DNA of 63,688 bases, filler included, from Folioceros fuciformis (Eukaryota), in the NCBI GenBank assembly GCA_049999805.1. It is 8 parts of 8 records of this genome, joined end to end, with 100 filler letters (N's around TTAATTAATTAA, not from the genome) between each part and the next. Parts side by side here need not be neighbours in the genome. Positions count along the whole stretch, not along the records: positions 33,861 to 43,034 come from JBNGIO010001093.1; positions 43,135 to 47,131 come from JBNGIO010001094.1; 6 more parts are not named here. One strand, given 5' to 3'. This document shows, in pieces, positions 36,420-45,850 of the stretch. The notes beneath the pieces were generated by a model, which searched no databases, had not been told where the DNA came from, and was given only the letters and a program-made list of their open reading frames with translations. The translations under genes were made by a program, and so were the position numbers. The number at the start of each line of letters is the position of its first letter. Within the stretch, counting starts at the first letter, position 1.

Positions 36420-37290
36420 TAGGCTTCGAAACCAAAATGTGGTTGCATAGATAGGAGACAGCACTCATGCTCTCATCTCGGCGTACGAGGAGGTGTATGT
36501 CAACTATCTTCACAAAGGAAACCTTGCCTCCCACCACTAGGACGTCATTGCACTCAGGATTTCATTCTCTTGCATAGGATTTGTGCCAACAAGTCTGCAA
36601 TATCGCAACAAAATGGACTCCTCAAGAAGCAATATAAGCAAGAGATCAAAAGGCTTGGCACGAGAGTGTATGCTTCTAAGTGGGCTTTTTGGGAAGCCCT
36701 GCATTCCTTCATGTCAAATAATCCAAAGGTGGTAGGACTGCCTAACTCGCATGACCCAGGCTTTGTGGATTTAACTGAAACGCATGTTTGTGAAGGTGTG
36801 GCATCTGGGATGTATGAAGGTGTGTGTGAGTCATCCCACACTCACAACCCACCAGCAAGCTCCCCTCCTGCCTCTTCTCCTCCTCCTACATTCCCACCCC
36901 CTACAACTTCTGCTAGGGGCCCTATTCCTCCTTCTACATCCAAGGACAATCGCTCTTGTGACTCACCTTTCACTCAAGTGACAAAGCTTAAAGGTGTTAT
37001 AGCGAAGAAGGTCTCCAAGCAAGCCAAAAAGAAGCTCTCAGGTGCTGGGATAGACAAGACAGCTGAATCAATCAACAGCTTTGCAGAGGTGTGGGCAAAA
37101 GTTGAAGCTGTGAAGCAAGAGAATCTCTAAAGTATGGAGAGAGCAAGGTTGGAGAGCCTTCAAAACATGGAGAAAACAAGGCTAGAGTAGAGCATGAAAG
37201 TTGTTGAACTGTAACAAATCACACAAATAGAGCTGGCCAAGCTCTTGGTACAAGCATCCAACCGCCCAAGGCAGAAGGAGGAGTGATACA
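36420..37290 (+). pseudogene. Myb/SANT (trihelix-like) DNA-binding ORF of a PIF/Harbinger element, decayed
   Basis: Across frameshifts: THALISAYEEVY...GNLASHH*DVIA...QYRNKMD / LKKQYKQE...SKWAFWEAL, Pro-rich linker, then coiled coil AESINSFAEVWAKVE...RLE. Convergent with the transposase. Confidence 0.7.
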
Positions 37291-37359
37291 TCAAGGGGTT
37301 CGAGCACTTGTCATAGCTTATGGTTTGTGCTAGCTATAATATTGTAAGGTTTCACCGTA

Positions 37360-38310
37360 ACTCCAAGTGTCATTCAGTCCCAAAATACGACTCACCTCGA
37401 AAAGAGCTACATACCATTAGAATTTGCTCATTGATCTCTACAAGCTTATGTTTTCACTTTTTCATTTGAATGAAAGATGACCTTTGAAACAGCTCCGAAA
37501 TTGTAGATCTCTAGATAGTTTCTTAAGTTTTGAGAAAACCTTCAAGTGCCATTCAGTCCCAACGTACGATTAATCTCGAAACGAGATATATACCATTAGA
37601 ATACTCTCATTGTGCTCTACAAGTCTGCGATGTCAGTTTTTTATTCGGATGATCTATGACGTCTGAAACAACTTTGAAATTGCAGACTTCCATATAGTTT
37701 TTTAAGTTCTAAGCAAAAATTCAAGCGCAATTCAGTCCCAACGTACAGCTAATTTTAAAACGAATTATATACCATTAGAAACCTCTCATTGTGCTCTACA
37801 ATTTTGTGTTTTTAGTTTTTCATTGGAATGATCGATAACGTCTGAATGAAAAACTCTAAAATTGCAGACTTCCACATAGCTTTTTAAGTTCTGAGCAAAA
37901 ATTCAAGTGTCATTCAATCCTAATGTACGGTTAATCTCAAAACAAGCTATATACCATTAGAATTCTCTCATTGTGCTCTACAAGTTTTTGTTTTTATTTT
38001 TTCATTCGGATGATCGATGGTGTTTGAAATAGCTCTGAAATTGCAGACTTCCAGATAGCTTTTTAAGTTTTGAGCAAAAATTCAAGTGCCATTCAGTCCT
38101 CACATACGGTTAATCTCAAAACGAGCTATATACCATTGTGATATACAAGTGTGTGTTATCAGTTTTTCATTCGGATGATTGATGACGTCCGAAACAACTC
38201 TGAAATCGCAGACTTTCAAATAGTTTTTTAAGTTTTGAGCAAAAATTCAAGTGCCATTCAGTCCCAGTGTACGGTTAATCTCTAAACGAGCTATATACCG
38301 TTAGAATCAG
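37360..38310. repeat. ~179-bp tandem array, about 5.5 copies
   Basis: CAAGTG(T/C)CATTCAGTCC at about 37364, 37543, 37722, 37904, 38083 and 38248. Each unit contains GAGCTATATACCATTAGAA-like and TGCAGACTTCC-like blocks. Confidence 0.9.
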
Positions 38311-38448
38311 CTTGTTTACCTTCACAATCTTGTATTCTCACTTTTTGGATTTTAATAAGAGATTTCTTTCAAAAACAACAAATGCACTTGCTGACTTATT
38401 CACTTATTTGTGCAACAAAGTACATCACTCAAGCATGTAAGTGCAACA

Positions 38449-39267
38449 CTATTGTTCTTGTCTTTGTCTACGCCAATGCTTGACCAAGGCATTCTGTTGA
38501 ACCAGTGCAATACTCTTCATAGCTTCTTCCTCTGCACCTGTCAACATAACAGGATCATCATGTGGTAGAGGATACTCGTCCACCCTTGGTTCCGAAGGTT
38601 CTAACTCACCAGCCACAATGCAAAAGTTGTGCAAAACACAACAAGCAACCACTGTCTTTGCAGCATATTTCACGTGGACGTTAAGGTTCTTCAATATTCT
38701 CCCCCTGTTCTTTAATAAGGAGAAAGCATTCTCAATGACAACTCGTCCAGAAGAAAAGGAAGAGTTGAATGCTCTTTGCTCTGCATTCATAGGCATTTTG
38801 AAGCCTTTCATAAGAAAAGGTCTCAGAGGGTACGCAGAGTCACCAATGATGTAAAGTGGTACTAGAGCTCCCTCCACTTCAATGATTGGCCCTACAAATA
38901 TCCATTTAGTGATAAGGCGCTGCCATAAGCTACTATTCCGGAGAATACCAACGTCATTTGAACCTCCCGGACTATTAGCACATATATCACTGAACATCTT
39001 TTGGTTGTCACATACGGCTTGCACAACCATGCAATGTATATTGTATCGTTTGCAGTAATAAGCTGCTGGAGTGTACTGCTCAGCTGGTTTGGTGGCACAC
39101 TTGATAAGGGATCCATCTATAGCACCAACAATATTAGGCAATAGGGTCCGCTGCTCAAATACTGTTGATATGTCAACCTGGCGATGAACTGATGGAATCG
39201 TGATAAATAAAGAATATAGCTTGGCAGGGTCTAAGTTACTTAAATATGATGGCTTGGATGATAGCAT
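38449..39267 (-). CDS. PIF/Harbinger (HARBI1-like, DDE_Tnp_4) transposase catalytic domain, N-terminally truncated
   Basis: 272-aa open ORF with GAIDGS, QAVCD, IIGDSAYPL, RVVIENAFSLLK and ACCVLHNF. Confidence 0.85.
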   Translation of the reverse strand: MLSSKPSYLSNLDPAKLYSLFITIPSVHRQVDISTVFEQRTLLPNIVGAIDGSLIKCATKPAEQYTPAAYYCKRYNIHCMVVQAVCDNQKMFSDICANSPGGSNDVGILRNSSLWQRLITKWIFVGPIIEVEGALVPLYIIGDSAYPLRPFLMKGFKMPMNAEQRAFNSSFSSGRVVIENAFSLLKNRGRILKNLNVHVKYAAKTVVACCVLHNFCIVAGELEPSEPRVDEYPLPHDDPVMLTGAEEEAMKSIALVQQNALVKHWRRQRQEQ

Positions 39268-39522
39268 TCAAGCCATCATATTGATAGCTATTTGTTTGTG
39301 GCTATTAATTGCAACTCATTCTAACTTCTGCATGGTCTGCCTCATCTCCTTGCATTGGTGGCAAGGAGGACGAGGTGTGCTTACAACCTGTTGTTGTAAG
39401 CAGTTTTTCTGCAATCTCAACCTACTAGCCTGTGCTATGAGGTTGTGATGCCCTTTGTTTGCATATTTGATTATGGCAAGCCATTGTAGGCTATCAGAGT
39501 CATGGATCAAGCTTTGATACCA

Positions 39523-39713
39523 TGTTTCAAATTGAGAACGGTGAGACTCTAAATCGATCTTGTGTATTGTGAATGTGAGAACTGAACAAGGAAATGCTCA
39601 AAGAGCATATAAGAGATGAGTAATGAGGAATCACGACTGTTCATGAATGGGCATGATCACTGAAGTCCTAATTCCACGGTCAGCTTATGTGTATGTTTTC
39701 CTACATGCTCACA
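39523..39713 (-). repeat. 5' LTR
   Basis: Aligns with 34018-34222; flanked by the PBS and the TSD. Confidence 0.92.
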
Positions 39714-39990
39714 TCTCCGCCAACTATCAAAGAGCTCTATAGATGTGACGCTCATCTAGGCTGTTACGAGCCCTAAGGAGTTGCAAATCTTAGATGCAGT
39801 TCTTCCACTCATCCGGGCTGTTAGGAGCCCCAAGGAGCTGCAAATCTTGGATGCAGTTCTTCCACAGAATATCGCCAAGTAGGCAACTTTCCAATTACAA
39901 GCTCATGTCACCCACGAGAAGGCAGCAGACATGGAAGCCACTATTATCAACGTTGAATTCTCCGTCGACCAATCACATCCTCAGATAGGC
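39714..39990 (+). pseudogene. FRO-like fragment, right half
   Basis: In frame with the left half once the element is removed: ...IDVTLI*AVTSPKELQILDAVLP (duplicated)...FQLQAHVTHEK. Contains in-frame stops. Confidence 0.6.
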
Positions 39991-40009
39991 ATACCATATT
40001 TAAGGTTTA

Positions 40010-41695
40010 TTAAGATGTATGAATCACTTTATAAATAAAGTTTCTACAAAGTGGACATTTCTTATTGTAATAAACTAACTTTGCAATACACTCTATGTGA
40101 AATGAATGATGACAACAAGGACACACATATACAACATGTTTTGGAGGAATAGATTCCATACATATTGAACATATTTCATCTGAAAAGGGATTATCCATGA
40201 ATTGGACATCTCTCTCTCTCAGTAACAAGTACTCAAATGTAATATCGTCGGTTTCAAAGAATAAAACATCTTCAGATACACAAACAATTAAAATAGATTC
40301 AACATTGGGATGTGGCGATGGAACATGAAATCCCTTATAAAAGAAACATGGCCTTGATGCTTCAAGGTTGAATATTGATTCAATCTCCTCCTCGGCAACA
40401 ATTTGGAACATGAACCATGTATTGGTTCTAAACCACATTCCATCAAAATATGGCGTATTATACCCGTAATGCACAAGTATCATGCTCATCTCATGAAGGT
40501 ATTGACCATATGTTGTCTCATTTTCTTCTTGATTTGAATCTTGTGTAGGTCCGGTTGATTGATGAGTTATGTGATTGGATTCCTGTCCATCGCTTGAACT
40601 TGAACTAACTTCTACATCAAAGTAATTGGATTCTACTTCAACACTCAAATCACTTTCAATATGCTCTTCATTAGGTTCTGAAGCAGCTTCAATAGTATTG
40701 TCAAGATCCAATCCATGTTCTTGGTCCTCAATGCTCCGAGGCAATATTTGGTTGCTAAAATCCAATCCTTGTTCTTGATCCTCAATGCTGTGAGGCAATA
40801 TTTGGTTGTCAACATCCAATCCTTGTTCTTGGCCCTCAATGCTATGAGGTAATATTTGTTTTTCAACATCCAATCCTTGTTCTTGGTCCTCAATGCTGAG
40901 CGGCAATATTTGGTTGTCAACATCCAATCCTTGATCTTGGTCCTCAATGCTATGAGGCAATATTTGGTTGTCTACATCCAATCCTTGTTCTTGGTCCTCA
41001 ATGTTGTGAGGCAATATTTGGTTGTCTACATCCAATCCTTGTTCCTGGTCCTCAATGCTTTGAGACAATATTTGGTTGTCTGTCACGTATTCGGGCTCCA
41101 TCAAATGCCGGCACATCTCCAGACGGATCTCTATGGCATTCATCATACGATGAAGCTCTTCTTGGCGTTGGTTGATCACATCAAAAAACTCTAAAGTAGA
41201 TTCGATAAGCTCATCATCTTGTACTTGCGGCCCGTCTATTGAATCAAAAGACCTCCATGAAATATCTTCAAGATGTTGGTTGAGCTCTTCTGCGTGTTGC
41301 ATCCTAGAAATATGCTCTTCCATCTCTGGCTGGTTCATCGTCTGTTGCTGCTCTATGGTGTCTATTGCGTTACGAAGATGCATCCTTTCTTGCAATCTTG
41401 TGTAAGCAAGCTCTACAAGCTGTTCCATAAGTTGGTTAATCGATCTTGGTTGCTCATCCACCATGTCCTCTGAACCAATTTCAGAAAGTTGGTTGAGTTC
41501 TCTTTGTTGCTCATCCATTTCGTGCTCTATAACAATTTCAGGAAGCTGGTCCAGCTCTCTTTGTTCCTCAACCTCATCTACAATAAGTTCTAAAGCATCC
41601 TCAAAAAATTGGTCAAGCTCTCTATGTTGCTCGTCCATGATGTGCTCACAAGCCTCATCAGGGAATGAGCTTAGCTCTCCTTGTTGCTGATCCAT
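40010..41695 (-). CDS. Intronless 561-aa acidic tandem-repeat protein with C-terminal RING-H2 finger (putative E3 ligase)
   Basis: CSIC-x12-CPCCHHSFHIECI-x8-CPLC at the C-terminus, five ~19-aa repeats at the N-terminus, seven central 18-aa repeats. TATATA about 125 nt upstream. Confidence 0.8.
   Translation of the reverse strand: MDQQQGELSSFPDEACEHIMDEQHRELDQFFEDALELIVDEVEEQRELDQLPEIVIEHEMDEQQRELNQLSEIGSEDMVDEQPRSINQLMEQLVELAYTRLQERMHLRNAIDTIEQQQTMNQPEMEEHISRMQHAEELNQHLEDISWRSFDSIDGPQVQDDELIESTLEFFDVINQRQEELHRMMNAIEIRLEMCRHLMEPEYVTDNQILSQSIEDQEQGLDVDNQILPHNIEDQEQGLDVDNQILPHSIEDQDQGLDVDNQILPLSIEDQEQGLDVEKQILPHSIEGQEQGLDVDNQILPHSIEDQEQGLDFSNQILPRSIEDQEHGLDLDNTIEAASEPNEEHIESDLSVEVESNYFDVEVSSSSSDGQESNHITHQSTGPTQDSNQEENETTYGQYLHEMSMILVHYGYNTPYFDGMWFRTNTWFMFQIVAEEEIESIFNLEASRPCFFYKGFHVPSPHPNVESILIVCVSEDVLFFETDDITFEYLLLRERDVQFMDNPFSDEICSICMESIPPKHVVYVCPCCHHSFHIECIAKLVYYNKKCPLCRNFIYKVIHTS
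40703..41080 (-). repeat. 54-bp coding minisatellite, 7 copies (DNQILPHSIEDQEQGLDV)
   Basis: Visible in both DNA and translation; frame-preserving. Confidence 0.95.
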
Positions 41696-42169
41696 TGTGA
41701 GAGAGAATGAAATATGTGAAGAGGATCAAGAATTTTCTAAGCTCCCTAAGAAATGGTTTCCGTCGTGAACTGAAATACACAGACAGGAAAATTAAAGAGT
41801 GGATTGAAACATGTTAACTATATATAGAGACCAATCTATCTTTAAAAATCCAAGCTTAGAAGTATTAGAAGCAATAAGCAATTATTCAATAAGCAAGTAT
41901 TAGAAGACTTAGAAGTAACTTGATATACTAAAAGGAAATTAGACAAGTTCCTCGCGTGAATTAGCTTCTGCCGTAATCCATCATAAAACGCCTTTATATA
42001 AAAAAGCAGAATTAATTTCTTCTTAAAGAAGAAAAATGACTTTTTTTTTTTATGAGAATCATAACTACTCTGTTCTTAGTAAGTAGAGTTACTTTCTTTT
42101 AATAGAAGTAGAATGACTTTTTTTAATAGGAACCTTAACTCAGCTTATGTTTGTTAAAATTGCTTAGAG

Positions 42170-42555
42170 GGGGCGATGTAGCGTTTTCAGAGCATTGTTA
42201 GGTTGGAGCCACAGATGCATCAGCGTACGTGCTCATGGCCAATGCCTACCCGGATTCAGGAAGGTGGGCTGATGTAGATAGGATGGAAGCACAGAGAAGG
42301 GCAGCAGGGGCCAACAAGAAGCCTGCAGTGGCCACCACCGATGTGAATCAGCAGGTACACAGATTTTTGGTGTGGAAAAGCAGAGAGGACATTGCCCTGC
42401 AAGTACAGAGCGGCAATGCACGTCTGCAGCAGGGAGGGGCCATGTACGTCACACAAAGTTGGTGTTTAGGCCAGTGGATGAGAAGGAAAGGGAAGATGCA
42501 CCCTGTGGGCATGCTGAGAAGCTAGCTCTGGCGTTTGGTCTCCTGATCATATCGA
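42170..42555 (+). pseudogene. PPR E/E+/DYW C-terminal fragment of the KP (KPAxA) variant
   Basis: DASAYVLMANAY...GRW...KKPAVATTDV...HRF, a frameshift, then CGHAEKLALAFGLL. Truncated before CxxC; no upstream PPR array. Confidence 0.8.
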
Positions 42556-43134
42556 GGCTTGAAGAGTGAGACATTGTCGTAAGGGGACGGGTGCCGTGTG
42601 CATCGATTCGCAGCTGGTTCTTGCAGTCATGGGGGCCGACCGTGAGGAAACATGAACTAGCCGCCGCACCTGCTTTCACAGAATCCCTTCAACAGCAATC
42701 TCCTCTTACTGAGTAGCACTGTGAAGATGCTGATTTCCTGGCCATTGTCTTCTGGTCATCCTCGCTTCTCCTGCTCTCACCGGAATTGCGAATTTCCCGA
42801 GGTTCATGGTAGAGGACACTCGTCCTAGGTTCAACCTTATTCTCACCTGTCCAGATCTTCGAAGTGCTCTTGAATGCACCAAAGCTCAGGCATCTGCATG
42901 AATTTCGACACGGTAAACGCAACCATCCGCACATGAGGTTGGGGCCATGTGCTTGGGTTGTTGGGCGGTACATCATCTCTATGAGTTGAAAAAGTGGCCT
43001 GACCACATCTATGTACCCATGTACACTCCATCATNNNNNNNNNNNNNNNNNNNNNNNNNNNNNNNNNNNNNNNNNNNNTTAATTAATTAANNNNNNNNNN
43101 NNNNNNNNNNNNNNNNNNNNNNNNNNNNNNNNNN

Positions 43135-45670
43135 GGTAGAGGGGGAAGGGGAAGTAGAAGCAGAGGCTTTAGTGGAGAGCGAGGGGGAGCGGCCTGGGAG
43201 TGACGCAGAAAGGGATCAGAGTGATGCAGAGAGAGTTCACAGCGATGGCGAGAGGGAGGAAAGTGAAGGAGAGCGAGATGAAGGTAGTGACGGGGAAAGG
43301 GAGGGTTACAGAGAAGCAGAGTCCGAACCTGGACGGGAAGAGCCTGAGGCCAGTGGTAGTGGCTCGGAGCAGTCCAACAGGAATCGGAGAGAAGAGGCAG
43401 AGGACGATGAAGGAGTTGAGGAAGAAGCAAGGGAGTCCAGGTTAGTGGCTGTCTCTCAGGCCTGTGTTTCTTTGCCCTGAGCGGTCGGATTGGGCTTGCC
43501 TTCATGGTTTGCTCTTTTCCTCAGTGAAGGAGGGGACCGGAGACAGAGATCTGGGGAGGTTGCGCAAGCCCGGGCAGTTTTTGGTGATTCGGACGAGGAG
43601 GAAGAAGTGGATAAAGTACGGCGTGGAAGAAGGCGAGCGGTAAAGAGGCTTACAACCATCCTCTTTCTTGGGATTCATGAGGTTTGCATCTCAGCATAGT
43701 AGTCAGCTAACGTTTGCTCGTACTTGCGGTGGGTCTGCAGCGTCCGCTGTCAGATGATGAAGGGGAACAAGAAGAACCAGCACCTGACGATGTTGTGGCA
43801 GACGTTGACGATGATGGCTACAGGGAGGAACCTCAATCCGATCGCAGAACTCGAGAGAGACCCTTGGGGGAGCCTCTGGATTTGGAGATTCCTTTGCGTC
43901 GTCCCCCCTGCCGACCGGACCAGGTCTACAATTTAAATTTTGAGATTGCAGTATCCTATTCGCGTAAGCAAGCAATGTTTCAATTGTGTGGTCTAACATG
44001 CATCTGCAATCAGATGAACCTGGTGCGAGTATCCAATATAATGGGTATGGAACCAAAGCCATTTGACCCTAAAACTTATGAGGAGGAGGCTGCAACAATC
44101 ATCACTGATGAAAGTGGTCGTAAACAGCGGTTACGTTTGGAGGAGAACGTTGCTCGGTGGAGGGCAATCAAGAATCGCAACGGGTCCTTGTCTGTAAGTT
44201 GCTTAACAACGATTGAAGTTGTGCTTATGTGGACTTACGAGCAAGTTTACCATGACGAGAGGATATGGTGTTTTAATTGATTGTGGAACTGTTGTTCTTG
44301 CAGTTTGAAAGCAACGCAAGATTTGTGAAATGGTCTGATGGTAGCCTACAGCTTCTGCTTGGGAACGAAGTTCTTGACATAGCAGTACAGGACTCCCGCC
44401 ATGATCAATCCCACCTATTCCTTCGTCATCCTAAGGTCTGTGTTGCTCACGTTGATGCACTGATGCAGTTGCACGGTGTAAACGTTTGACTGTATTTTAC
44501 TGAGAAATCCAAGTGTGGTAACGCAGGGAATCCTACAGTCCCAAGGTCGTTTAGGTCGCAAGATGAAGTTCATGCCATCTTCTTTGACATCGAAGTCACA
44601 TAAGTTGTTGACTGCGCTTGTTGACTCAAGGCACAAGAAGGTTTTCAAAGTGAAAAATGTTTACACCACAAAGGATCCAGAGAAAGAAAAAGTGGAGAAG
44701 GAGAGGGTATGGATGTATGCTTGTGAATTGTTAAAGCAGTGGCTTTTTGCTCCTGGGCGTAGCAGAAGCTCATTTTTTGCGTCATGCAGGCTGCAGAACA
44801 ACGCATAAGAAGCAAGGAGGATCTCCAGAGAAAGCAAGATAAGGTGAAAAGTAAATACACTCCCATTCACCGTGAGCGGGATGCACAACTGTCCCCTAAT
44901 TATCTGGAGGTTGCACTTGATGAGGTACTCATCTTGTTTCAGGAAGCAATTTTGCTTTCCCCTGATTTTCCCAGCATGCGGCGCCCTAAAAGCGCACATT
45001 AACTGCTCGAAGCAACATGACAGTAATTTTGTTTGTTGACTGTTCAGGATGAGGAGACAGATGAGTTTGCAGATGGTGGGCGAAGGGCAGTGGACGCGAG
45101 GCGTTTCCAAGAGCAATTAGAAGCAGAGGGTAGAGCAGAGAGGCGAATGATGGGCTCAAGAAGGGTAATTGATGTCACTGCAGATGTGGTTGGAAGAAAT
45201 TGCATGGTAACCAATATGTTGAAATGCCGGGTATTATTGGGTTGCAGCCACCGCCAGCAGTGAGAGAAGCGCCTGCTAGAAGTATGAAGAACAGAAGACC
45301 GCCACCAGTGTCCCGTCGGGAGACCATGGATTCTTATTCAGAAGAGAGCGACCGCGAGCCATCGTATAAAAGCGAGGGTGACGAAGACGGGTATCCTGCA
45401 GCTGAGGAGGTTGAAGAAGAAGACTGGCAAGAGAGACCTAAGTATCGGGAGGTAAGCATTTCACCTCACCGAGCACGATTGTCGTGTCAATTGTATGCCA
45501 GATTCACTCAACTCAATCTGCGTCTACAGGAGAGACGGAGGGTGGACAGAGATGAGGACCGGAGGAAGAGAAAGAGGGAGAAAGAGGAAGAGGCTCGTAG
45601 AGAAACGTCACCTCCGAAGAAGGCGGCACAAAGAAGGCGGGTAGTAGTCAGTAGCGATGACGAAGAGTGA
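43135..45670 (+). CDS. VIP4: Paf1 complex subunit LEO1 (VERNALIZATION INDEPENDENCE 4), 5'-truncated, multi-exon
   Basis: Acidic N-terminus, [58 protein letters not shown]; ends [15 protein letters not shown]. Confidence 0.93.
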
Positions 45671-45850
45671 AATGTGGGAACAAAATGTTTGTCACTCTTC
45701 AGGATTGAAAATATGTCCAGTTGGAGAATAGTTGACACATTTGCACTTATGTGATAAAAAAATGGACAAGGGTAAAGTGATTGTCTATCGTCTTTTATCG
45801 GACATAAATTATAATAGATGGTCCTGTGACGGAAAGGTGATCGGAATGAT

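Larger units (their letters stand above)
34018..39713 (-). mobile_element. Fully bounded but internally deleted Ty1/copia element carrying PIF/Harbinger sequence
   Basis: Paired LTRs 34018-34222 and 39523-39713 (TG...CA). 5-bp TSD TCTCC at 34013-34017 and 39714-39718. PBS TGGTATCAAAGC at 39511-39522. PPT AAGGGGGTG at 34223-34231. Confidence 0.93.

Noticed and set aside
29324-39713. Treating the copia internal region (29324-33760) and the LTRs at 34018/39523 as one element
   Set aside because: They are on different contigs, and the LTR pair has its own TSD, PBS, PPT and RT remnant.
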